DNA from: an uncultured Gemmatimonadota bacterium
GTDB taxonomy: Bacteria > GCA-2686955 > CAYMWF01
Reading direction: 5' to 3'
NCBI GenBank assembly: GCA_964394085.1
Contig: CAYMWF010000011.1
Span: forward strand, 27,926-91,925
Length of the DNA stretch: 64,000 nucleotides
The notes beneath the pieces are model-generated. The model saw only the letters and a program-made list of their open reading frames with translations, had not been told where the DNA came from and made no database searches. A program made the position numbers and the translations under genes. Below, piece by piece: positions 1-8,009 of this stretch (positions within the stretch are counted from its first letter, which is position 1; each line of letters starts with the position of its first letter).

Positions 1-2
1 AT

Positions 3-350
3 ATCTACCTGATCGCCAGGCGGGATCCGCTCGGCCCCTACGACCGCGGATGGGACAACCTGCCGCCTCTCGTGAAGAAGCTCGCCTACCTCGCAATCTA
101 TTCACTGACCCCAAAAAAAACGGCCCTCTACCGGATCGACACCGACGCCCGCAAGGTGGAATGGATACTGGATCTCCCCTCTGCGGGCGACACCTCTTTC
201 CCGTCGATCCTCCGCATCGGACGCGACTCCTTCCTGGTCGCCAACTATACATCGCCTCTCCGGTTCGAACACCGTTCCTGGCTCGCCGGCCAGATCAGCC
301 CGCGCGGCACGCGGATCTACCTCATCCGGATCGATTTCGCTCCGTAACAC
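3..350 (+). CDS. 3' end of a gene truncated by the window edge (hypothetical protein, C-terminal fragment)
   Basis: Open frame from pos 3 to TAA 348-350 (..KKLAYLAIYSLTPKKTALYRIDTDARKVEWILDL..). No family recognised. Overlapping GC-rich ORFs on both strands make the call tentative. Confidence 0.3.
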
Positions 351-520
351 ACTCCGCATTTCGCGATAAAAACCGGAGACCATTGCAGGGACGGCCGTCC
401 CGCCAAAACATGAAATATCCGCGACCCAGGAGTCAGTGAAGCTACCTGCGCCGGGAGCGCAGAGAGTTTTTAGCCTTTATTAAATGTAAGTTCGTTATCC
501 ATTGACTTTTACCATGTCAG

Positions 521-556
521 AACTTTCCCCACGTGGGGAAAGTTCAACTTTTGAAC
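521..556. promoter_or_regulatory. 24-bp perfect palindrome AACTTTCCCCACGTGGGGAAAGTT (521-544) overlapping a second hairpin GTTCAActtTTGAAC (542-556); TTGACT -35-like box at 502-507
   Basis: Read directly from sequence: perfect dyad symmetry around a CACGTG core, upstream of the ygfK-like gene. Confidence 0.3.
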
Positions 557-655
557 AACGGGCCAGCTCCATCTTCCCCCGGGATTGGTCCTGAAATAAG
601 CGGAAAAGGGAAAAGATTCGCGAAGTCCTCAGGGGTGGAGAGAGGAGAGAAAGAG

Positions 656-699
656 GGTCGAGAAAGGAGCGAAAGAGGGTCGAGAAAGGAGCGAAAGAG
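656..699. repeat. Two perfect tandem copies of the 22-bp purine-rich unit GGGTCGAGAAAGGAGCGAAAGA, preceded by a partial degenerate copy
   Basis: Direct inspection of 640-700. Confidence 0.8.
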
Positions 700-935
700 G
701 ATGGCGGAGGAGTTGGATTATCAGGATTCCGGGAAGAAATCTTGATAAAAGTTTACTCAAAAAATGGAAACCGGGCCGGGCGGGGTTTGGGAAAGCCGCA
801 GGGAGCGGTTTTTGATTTTTATTGACTTTTTGCGGGGTGCTGGACAAGATACTTGGTTTTGATAATGGTCCGCCAACCGATGTATTAGGCCTGTTTCTGA
901 AGCCTGCTCAATCGTTTACAGACAGGGAGCCCGCC

Positions 936-3491
936 GTGACTGATGTAATCAAGAAGAGAATTCCTCTGCCGGGAGACGCCGGAGACACCGTTTACGACCT
1001 GAACATGTTCCTGAGCGACTCTCAGCTCCGGGCGGAGCTCGAGAAATGCGAGTACTGCGTCGAGAAACCGTGCATGGAGGCGTGCCCCTGCGACTGCTCA
1101 CCGGCAGACTTCATAAAGGCGGTGGAAGTCGGCGAACCTTCCGACATCCGGCGGTCGGCGGCGCTCATCCTCGGCAAGAACCCGCTCGGCGGCATCTGCG
1201 GCCAGGTATGCCCCGACAAGCTATGCATGGCGGCATGCGTCCACAAGAAGTTCGATTCGCCCGTCGATATCCCGGCGGTGCAGGCGACGATTATCGAGAA
1301 GGCGAAACAGTCGGGCGTTCAGCCCGCTTTCACAGAGCCGGATCCGGCAGGCGGCAGGGTCGCCGTAGTCGGGGCCGGCCCGGCCGGGCTCGCAGCGGCG
1401 GCGCTGCTGGGGCAGAGAGGCCGCTCCGTCACGATCTTCGAAAAGGAGAAGGAACCGGGCGGCATGTGCAACCTCATCCCGGCGTTCCGCCTCGACCGGG
1501 ACGTCCTGAAGAGCGACATCGAGTGGTGCCTGTCCCTGGGAGATATAAAACTCGAGACGAATACTTCGGTTGAAGGTCCGGAAGCCCTCCTGGACGACGG
1601 TTTCGACGCCGTGGTGGCCGCCACCGGCCTCTGGTCGCCCATCCTGCCCGGCATACCGGGTGAGAATCTCGCTATTCCCGGCATTGCTTACCTGCAGAAC
1701 CCGGCAGAATACGATGTCTCTGGCAACATCGCCGTCATCGGAGGCGGCGCGACGGCCCTCGACTGCGCCCTCACCGCCCAGGTGAACGGCGCCGGCAGGG
1801 TGGAACTGTTCGCCCTGGAGAACCTGGCCGAGATGCCCCTCTCGACCAAGGAGATGGATGAACTGGTCAGGAGCGGCATCGACGTCAACGGGCGCGTCAT
1901 GGTAAACGCCGTCCTCAGCAGCCCGGACGGCATCAGCGGTCTTTCGCTCACCAAGGTGCGGCTGAGACCGGGCGCGACCTTCAGCCTCGAAGCCATCCAG
2001 CCGCTCCCCGGGAGCGAGGCCGCCCGCCGCGATATCGACGAAGTGATCATCGCCATCGGGACCCGCGGCGATTTCCCGAAAATCGAAAACCCGGCCGTCT
2101 TCTACGCCGGGGACTGCGTGGAAGGCCCGACAACGGTGGTGGAAGCCGCCGCCGCCGGGAAGAACGCCGCTGAGCAGGTGGAAGCGTTCCTGAACTCCGC
2201 GGACATCCCCCGGTTCGGATCGAACTCGGTCGGAGCGGTCAAGAGCATGACGCAGATCCCGGGTTTCGACTTCGTTCCCGTTCCGCTCGAAATCGACTTC
2301 TTCGGCAAGCGGCTCTCCTCCCCTTTCCTGCTGTCGGCGGCGCCGCCCACCGACGGCCTCGAACAGATGAAGGCCGCTTATGACGCGGGCTGGGCCGGGG
2401 CGATCATGAAAACATCCTTCGACAATGTTCCGATTCATATCCCCGGCGAATACATGTTCTCATACGGAAAAGGCACTTACGCCAACTGCGACAACGTTTC
2501 GGGGCACAGCCTCGACCGCGTGTGCGGCGAGCTGGAGCAGCTCATCGAGCTGTATCCCGACCGGCTCACCATGGCCTCCACCGGCGGTCCGGTCTCCGGC
2601 GACGACGAAGAAGACCGGAAAGCGTGGCAGAGCAACACCCGAAAGCTCGAAAACGCGGGCGCCATGGGGATCGAATACAGCCTCTCCTGCCCGCAGGGGG
2701 GCGACGGCACCGAAGGAGACATCGTATCGCAGAACGCCGAGCTCTCATCCAAGATCATCGGATGGGTGCTCGAGGCTGGAAGCGGCGACGTTCCGAAAAT
2801 CTTCAAGCTCACGGGCGCGGTCACATCGATGGAAGCCATCGCCCTCAGCATCCGCGAGACCTTCGAGAAGTATCCCGATAAAAAAGCGGCCATCACCCTG
2901 GCGAACACCTTCCCCACCCTGGCCTTCCGCAAGGGAGAGAAGAAGCAATGGGAGGAAGGGGTCATCGTCGGCATGGCGGGCGAAGGGGTGCTGAATATCA
3001 GCTACCTCTCCCTGGCCAAGGCGGCGCCGCTCGGCATCGAGATTTCGGGCAACGGCGGGCCGGTGAATTACAAGCAGGCCGCCGATTTCCTGGCCCTCGG
3101 GTGCGGGACGGTGCAGTTCTGCACCCTTCCGACACGGGACGGATACGGCATCATCGACGAGCTGAAGACGGGAGTGAGCCACCTGATGGCGGAGCGCGGC
3201 CTGAAGTCGATGAAGGAGCTGATCGGAATCGCTCTTCCCGAGCCGGTCACCGACTTCATGGATCTTTCGCCGGTCAAGAAAATATCCCGTTCGGAGCACG
3301 AGTTGTGCGTGAAGTGCGGCAACTGCAGGCGGTGCCCCTACATGGCGGTGGGCGTCGACGATTACGGCTTCCCGGTCACCGACGCCGCAAAGTGCATCGG
3401 CTGCCGCATGTGCACATTCCTCTGCTTCACGGGTGCGCTGGAGCTCCGCGAAAGAACGCCCGAAGAAGCCGAAGCGCTGGTGGAAGATTGA
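936..3491 (+). CDS. ygfK: YgfK-like Fe-S / FAD-NAD(P) oxidoreductase (fused glutamate-synthase-small-subunit-like + dihydropyrimidine/dihydroorotate-dehydrogenase-like TIM barrel + C-terminal 2x[4Fe-4S]). Start uncertain: longest ORF begins with TTG at 822; GTG 936 with AGGGAG SD chosen; ATG 1005 also possible.
   Basis: N-terminal Cys cluster CEYCVEKPCMEACPCDC. Dinucleotide fold GAGPAGLAAA..TIFEKEKEPGG and second GGGATALDCAL. DHODH/DPD-like region (..MKTSFDNVP.., ..GNGGPVNY..). C-terminal ferredoxin motifs CVKCGNCRRCP and CIGCRMCTFLC. Gene order with ssnA downstream matches the E. coli ygfK-ssnA pair. Confidence 0.6.
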   Translation: MTDVIKKRIPLPGDAGDTVYDLNMFLSDSQLRAELEKCEYCVEKPCMEACPCDCSPADFIKAVEVGEPSDIRRSAALILGKNPLGGICGQVCPDKLCMAACVHKKFDSPVDIPAVQATIIEKAKQSGVQPAFTEPDPAGGRVAVVGAGPAGLAAAALLGQRGRSVTIFEKEKEPGGMCNLIPAFRLDRDVLKSDIEWCLSLGDIKLETNTSVEGPEALLDDGFDAVVAATGLWSPILPGIPGENLAIPGIAYLQNPAEYDVSGNIAVIGGGATALDCALTAQVNGAGRVELFALENLAEMPLSTKEMDELVRSGIDVNGRVMVNAVLSSPDGISGLSLTKVRLRPGATFSLEAIQPLPGSEAARRDIDEVIIAIGTRGDFPKIENPAVFYAGDCVEGPTTVVEAAAAGKNAAEQVEAFLNSADIPRFGSNSVGAVKSMTQIPGFDFVPVPLEIDFFGKRLSSPFLLSAAPPTDGLEQMKAAYDAGWAGAIMKTSFDNVPIHIPGEYMFSYGKGTYANCDNVSGHSLDRVCGELEQLIELYPDRLTMASTGGPVSGDDEEDRKAWQSNTRKLENAGAMGIEYSLSCPQGGDGTEGDIVSQNAELSSKIIGWVLEAGSGDVPKIFKLTGAVTSMEAIALSIRETFEKYPDKKAAITLANTFPTLAFRKGEKKQWEEGVIVGMAGEGVLNISYLSLAKAAPLGIEISGNGGPVNYKQAADFLALGCGTVQFCTLPTRDGYGIIDELKTGVSHLMAERGLKSMKELIGIALPEPVTDFMDLSPVKKISRSEHELCVKCGNCRRCPYMAVGVDDYGFPVTDAAKCIGCRMCTFLCFTGALELRERTPEEAEALVED

Positions 3492-3494
3492 AGA

Positions 3495-3800
3495 GGCGAA
3501 AGCGCCGGCACCGGCTAGAGGCGCTGAGGATACAGGCGGAAGATTGAAAATGCGGAGGCGCGCCGGCGGATGAATGAAAATGCGATGACGCCGGCAGCAG
3601 CTTCAGCGATGAAGGCGCCGGTGCCCGCCTGAGAGGCTGAAGCCGGCGGGAGCTTGAAAAAACGATAGCGGCGGTGGAAGTTTGAAGAGTCGGAAGCGCC
3701 GACACCGGATCGAGAGGATGAAGGCACCCGCGGAGGCCCGGGCAGCGGCGCGGAGCCGGGCACGCGCGATCCGAACTGTTTTTGTGGACCCTGTGGGATA
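3495..3800. repeat. Degenerate array of about 8 short repeats sharing a GAAG(C)GCCGGC(A)CCGG core in the ygfK-ssnA intergenic region
   Basis: Recurring units such as gaaagcgccggcaccgg, ggaggcgcgccggcgg, gaaggcgccggtgcc, ggaagcgccgacaccgg. A similar core (gaagcggtcgccggc) is in the 51-bp repeat at 11.4 kb. Confidence 0.4.
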
Positions 3801-3813
3801 AAGCGAGAATAAA

Positions 3814-5142
3814 ATGGATGAATACCTGATAGCGAACGGAACGGTCATCACCCTGGGTGAGGACAACCGGGTGATCGAAGACGGGGCGGTCCACGTGAAG
3901 GACGGCCGCATCGAAGACGTGGGCTCCGCCGCGGAGTTGAAGAGCAGGCATGCCTGCGAAGTGAAAGTCGACGCCGCCGGCAAGGTGGTGCTCCCCGGCT
4001 TCATCTGCGCCCACCACCATTTCTACAGCACCATGGCGAGAGGCTTCGCCCCTCCCGGCGAACCGGCCCGGACGTTCGGTGAAATCCTGGAGCGGCTGTG
4101 GTGGAAGATCGACAAAGCGCTCAACAGCGACGACGTCTATTACAGCACCCTCATTCCGCTCATCGAGTGCATAAAAAACGGCACCACCACCATAATCGAT
4201 CACCATGCCAGCCCCTCGTGCAGAGACGGAAGCCTCGACATCATCGCCGACGCCGTCCTCGAGGCCGGTCTACGGGCGTCGCTCTGCTACGAAGTATCCG
4301 ATCGCAACATCCCCGCCGCCGGGGTGGCCGAAAACGAGCGGTTTCTGAAACGTCTCGAGGGCGAAAAGTCGGAGCAGCTCGCCGGGATGATGGGCATCCA
4401 CGCCTCCCTCACCGTATCCGACGACACCCTGGCGAAATGCCGCGCCGCCGCCGAAAAGTACGGCGCCGGTTACCACATCCACGTGGCCGAGGGTGTCGAG
4501 GATCACACCGACTCCCTGGCGAAATACGGCAAAAGGACGGTGGAAAGGCTCGTGGACAGGGGAATCTGCGGCCCCGACTCGCTCTTCATCCACTGTATCA
4601 ACATCGACGAAAACGAAATCGACCTCCTCGCCGAAACCGGAACCGTCGTGGTTCACAATCCAGAATCGAACATGAACAACGCCGTCGGCGTCGCAAAAGT
4701 TCTGGAGCTGATGGAAAAGGGCATCCTGGTCGGCCTGGGCACCGACGGAATGGCATCCGACATGCCTGCCCAGATGAGGTGCGCCTACCTGGTGCACAGG
4801 CTCGCTAAAGGTGATCCGAGGGTGGCTTTCTGCGAAGCCCCCCAGCTGCTCCTCTGGAACAATGCCGCCATCGCCGCAAGGCAGTTCCCGGTGAAACTGG
4901 GCGCCATCGAAAAGGGAGCAGCGGCGGATTTCGCCATACTCGACTACATTCCGCCGACCTGTCTCACGGCGGATAATTTCCTGGGGCACTTCATTTTCGG
5001 AATGGTGGACGCGACGGTCGACACCACCATCGCTGGCGGCCGCATCCTTATGCGGAACAAGCAGCTTCTCGTGCTGGACGAAGTAAAAATCGCGGCCAGG
5101 TCGAGGGAGCTCGCCGCGGAGATGTGGCCCAGAATCACGTAA
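3814..5142 (+). CDS. ssnA: Amidohydrolase-superfamily protein SsnA (putative aminohydrolase)
   Basis: 442 aa, same length as E. coli SsnA. Metal-binding HHHF motif, IDHHASP, VHNPESNMNN, GTDG. Start has RBS-like context. Located directly after the YgfK-like gene. Confidence 0.8.
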   Translation: MDEYLIANGTVITLGEDNRVIEDGAVHVKDGRIEDVGSAAELKSRHACEVKVDAAGKVVLPGFICAHHHFYSTMARGFAPPGEPARTFGEILERLWWKIDKALNSDDVYYSTLIPLIECIKNGTTTIIDHHASPSCRDGSLDIIADAVLEAGLRASLCYEVSDRNIPAAGVAENERFLKRLEGEKSEQLAGMMGIHASLTVSDDTLAKCRAAAEKYGAGYHIHVAEGVEDHTDSLAKYGKRTVERLVDRGICGPDSLFIHCINIDENEIDLLAETGTVVVHNPESNMNNAVGVAKVLELMEKGILVGLGTDGMASDMPAQMRCAYLVHRLAKGDPRVAFCEAPQLLLWNNAAIAARQFPVKLGAIEKGAAADFAILDYIPPTCLTADNFLGHFIFGMVDATVDTTIAGGRILMRNKQLLVLDEVKIAARSRELAAEMWPRIT

Positions 5143-5199
5143 CCGGGTCGGATGAAGCACGACGAAAGGGGTCGTCGCAGACCCGCTGGTAACCGAGTC

Positions 5200-6201
5200 A
5201 TGAATCTGGACAATCAGACAATACTGGTTCTGATACTGCCGCTGGCGCTGTTGCTGTTCGGCGTCGCCGGATACCACATCATCGAAGGATGGCCGATACT
5301 CGACTGCGTGTACATGACCGTGATCACCGTCGCCACCGTCGGCTTTTCGGAGATACACGAGCTGTCGCAAACCGGGCGGGTATTCACTGTCGTCCTTATA
5401 CTTACCGGAGTGATGATCATCGCATACTCCATCCAGTGGTTCGTCATGTACATGCTGCAGAAAAACATCTTCGGAACACTCGGGAGACGCCGTATGGATA
5501 GAAAAATAAAAACTCTGAAGGACCACACCATCGTCTGCGGATACGGGAAGATCGGACGCCACGTGGCGGACACGTTCCTCGCGGAGGGTGAGCCGTTCGT
5601 CATAATCGACCGGGAATTCCCGGACGAGGAGCATATGGCGGAAAAGGGACTCATGTATATCGAGGGCGACGGTGCGGATGAAGTCGTGCTGGAGGAGGCG
5701 GGCATAGACAGGGCCAGAACACTGGTGGCGGTCGTCGGCTCGGACGCCGACAACCTGTTCATCACCATGACCGCGCGCGGCCTGAACAGGGAGATAAAAG
5801 TAGTGGCCCGCGCTGAAGACGCGAACAACAAGGGCAAGCTGCTGCGCGCCGGCGCGAACAAGGTCGTGCTGCCGTACGAGATGGGCGGTCGCCGTATCGC
5901 CGCCCAGGTGATGTTCCCGTCCGTGACCGATTTCCTCGAGACGGTCATGAGCTCGGAGAACCTGGAGCTGCGAATGGCCGAGTTGAAGGTCGGCGGCTCG
6001 TCCAGCCTGAACAACCAGTCGCTGCACGAGTCGCATATCCGCAGAGAAACCGGCTGCATCATACTTGCAATTAAACCCGACGGGAAAAAGCTGATCACGA
6101 ACCCCGACTCCGAAATGAAGATAAATGCGGGCGATATGCTTATATGTCTCGGGACGATGGAGCAGATACAGGAGCTCCAGAAACTGGCGGAAGTACCCTG
6201 A
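5200..6201 (+). CDS. RCK-domain (TrkA-N/TrkA-C) K+-channel-like protein with non-canonical filter TVGFSE. Alternative start ATG 5152.
   Basis: Two TM helices flank a pore helix ..VYMTVITVATVGFSEIHE... Rossmann motif IVCGYGKIGRHVA of TrkA-N. TrkA-C-like C-terminus. Confidence 0.65.
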   Translation: MNLDNQTILVLILPLALLLFGVAGYHIIEGWPILDCVYMTVITVATVGFSEIHELSQTGRVFTVVLILTGVMIIAYSIQWFVMYMLQKNIFGTLGRRRMDRKIKTLKDHTIVCGYGKIGRHVADTFLAEGEPFVIIDREFPDEEHMAEKGLMYIEGDGADEVVLEEAGIDRARTLVAVVGSDADNLFITMTARGLNREIKVVARAEDANNKGKLLRAGANKVVLPYEMGGRRIAAQVMFPSVTDFLETVMSSENLELRMAELKVGGSSSLNNQSLHESHIRRETGCIILAIKPDGKKLITNPDSEMKINAGDMLICLGTMEQIQELQKLAEVP

Positions 6202-6268
6202 TACAGCGGTGATAAACAGCCGGTATTTAAACCTGCGAATAAATAAACAAACGGCACGGGCCGCCCGT

Positions 6269-7060
6269 TCACCCCTCTAAAGCGTTCAATTTCTCTTCAA
6301 TCTTCTCAACGATCTGATCATAGGATGGCGGCGGTCCTGTGAAGATATTCTCACCTGCTATGTAGAGTCCCCCTCCCAGACCGTATTTCCTGAGATTCGC
6401 CGCGTCGCTCATGTCGATCTCTTCAAACGATACATTTTCGCCGAACCGTTCCGCGGCCCGTTTCGCCGAAAGGTACGTAGTATTCTCGCCGGGGCACTGG
6501 CCGCTGCAGAAAACCGTAACTTTCACCTTGCCCGGAACCGTCTCCTGGCTGAACTCGCCTTTTTTCCACTTCGGTACGACAGCGTCTCCGGAGAACGGCT
6601 TCCAGACGAGCTCCCGCCAGCCGTGGAGATCCGCTTTTTCGTAGCCCTGCTTCTTATACCATGCCGCCGTCATCCAGAAATCCTGCGAGATTCCCCAGGC
6701 GGCGAGACCTTTAGCACCGAGAGCTTCGACATCCTCCTCGGCCGCCTCGAGAAGCGCCTTTCCCAGGCCCGCCCCCTGCCGGTTTCCGACCCCCTTGTCT
6801 TCGTATCCGTGCACCCATATGCAATTGACCATGTAGAGGTCGTCACCGTCGGCGTATGAATACTCGATCGGCATATACTCGATCATTCCCGCCAGGCTCC
6901 CGTCGTCATCAATGGCTACCTTCACCCTGAGACCCTGCTCCCGCATTTTCGAAAACCAGTCTTCCTTGATAAACCGGGCTTCCTTCATCTCCTCGCTCCA
7001 GTCTTCGAGACAGACGAGGTACGAAGGCGCCAGCTCAGGTGAGAGATCAGCTATCTTCAT
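6269..7060 (-). CDS. GNAT-family N-acetyltransferase fused to a C-terminal CxxC thioredoxin-like/YoaP-like domain
   Basis: GNAT core (..IWVHGYEDKGVGNRQGAGLGKALLEAAEED..). C-terminal FCSGQCPG motif. Start ATG 7060-7058 preceded by GGAAGAGGGG SD; longer ORF to 7162 rejected. Confidence 0.55.
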   Translation of the reverse strand: MKIADLSPELAPSYLVCLEDWSEEMKEARFIKEDWFSKMREQGLRVKVAIDDDGSLAGMIEYMPIEYSYADGDDLYMVNCIWVHGYEDKGVGNRQGAGLGKALLEAAEEDVEALGAKGLAAWGISQDFWMTAAWYKKQGYEKADLHGWRELVWKPFSGDAVVPKWKKGEFSQETVPGKVKVTVFCSGQCPGENTTYLSAKRAAERFGENVSFEEIDMSDAANLRKYGLGGGLYIAGENIFTGPPPSYDQIVEKIEEKLNALEG

Positions 7061-7405
7061 TATTTCCCCTCTTCCATTCGTCGGGCGCTTCTGGAGCGAC
7101 CGGCCAGGTACACACCGGCGAAGTACAGATATTATCAGCCATCGCGCAAACACTGAACGCACTCAATTAGACACATCTTCACAGTATACTCATAATCTGT
7201 CAATCCGGACCTTTTTCAGAACTCGGACTATTTGCGATACACGGCTTCCTTTTTCCTGATTTCCCGTGCCGGCCATGACGGGTTGAGTTAAGTCCGGCGG
7301 AAACCTATCACTATTCCGCTACCGGAGGACTCCGATCATTTATTCTTCAATAAGGTGGATGTCTCCCCGATAGTCCGGGTGTATCAATCGAGTCCACCTG
7401 GAAGA

Positions 7406-7442
7406 CGTGTAAAATTGTCAATCGGATTGACAATTTTACACG
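7406..7442. promoter_or_regulatory. 37-bp perfect palindrome CGTGTAAAATTGTCAATC-G-GATTGACAATTTTACACG with TTGACA on both strands, between divergently transcribed genes
   Basis: Read directly from sequence; 18-bp arms around one central G. Confidence 0.5.
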
Positions 7443-8009
7443 CGTGAGCCTGCAACCCCCGCGGGACAAGACGTGCTGCCGGTATCCCGCTCTGATGCGC
7501 TGGTGATTACCTGCATCCGCCGCAGGACAGGATATGATTCTTGCGCTGCGCTGCAGAAAGAGAAGTACACGGATCGACTCCGTGGTTTGGAATCTCGAAG
7601 CCAGCCGGGGCGTACACCTGATTCTTTTCCAGGCATAGCTTAACTATACCATCGACTCAGCCGGTGAATTTTGTTTCATTGCGCCCGGGGAGCAATGAAC
7701 CCAGCAGTTTTACACCGGTTGCTTTACGAATAAAGTCCCGTATCGCAGATTCGGGGCTTCGGCCCCGGGGTGCGCGGGTCGAGATTATTCGACCCGCGCC
7801 CTTATTCCTTTACTAACACGGTTCAAGCTGTAAAAATGAAAGCTCGATGCTGCAGCGGTTCCGGCTCCGTATCCCTCTTCAGCATTTTACAGCGATCATG
7901 CCCGCCGGGAAATTCGAGCCGGGCGGTTGCTCGGGGTTGTTTTTTAACTGCGAAAATGACGCAGGCCGCGGCCGGAAAGACAGCAGAAGTTGATTTCACG
8001 GGGAAAAGA

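Noticed and set aside
1221-2438. 405-aa minus-strand ORF, plus several other 100-190 aa ORFs overlapping the ygfK-like gene
   Set aside because: GC-rich shadow ORFs antisense to or out of frame with a gene that has clear domain signatures. They are Arg/Gly/Pro-rich with no motifs.
4270-6036. 588-aa minus-strand ORF spanning ssnA and the RCK channel gene
   Set aside because: Antisense shadow ORF with low-complexity Arg/Gly/His composition. The sense-strand genes have strong family signatures.
7770-8009. N-terminal 80-aa extension of the radical-SAM ORF
   Set aside because: This stretch would translate the UUCG hairpins and terminator-like stem and has no SD. An internal ATG at 8010 directly precedes the conserved FGPVSSRRLG/CX3CX2C region.
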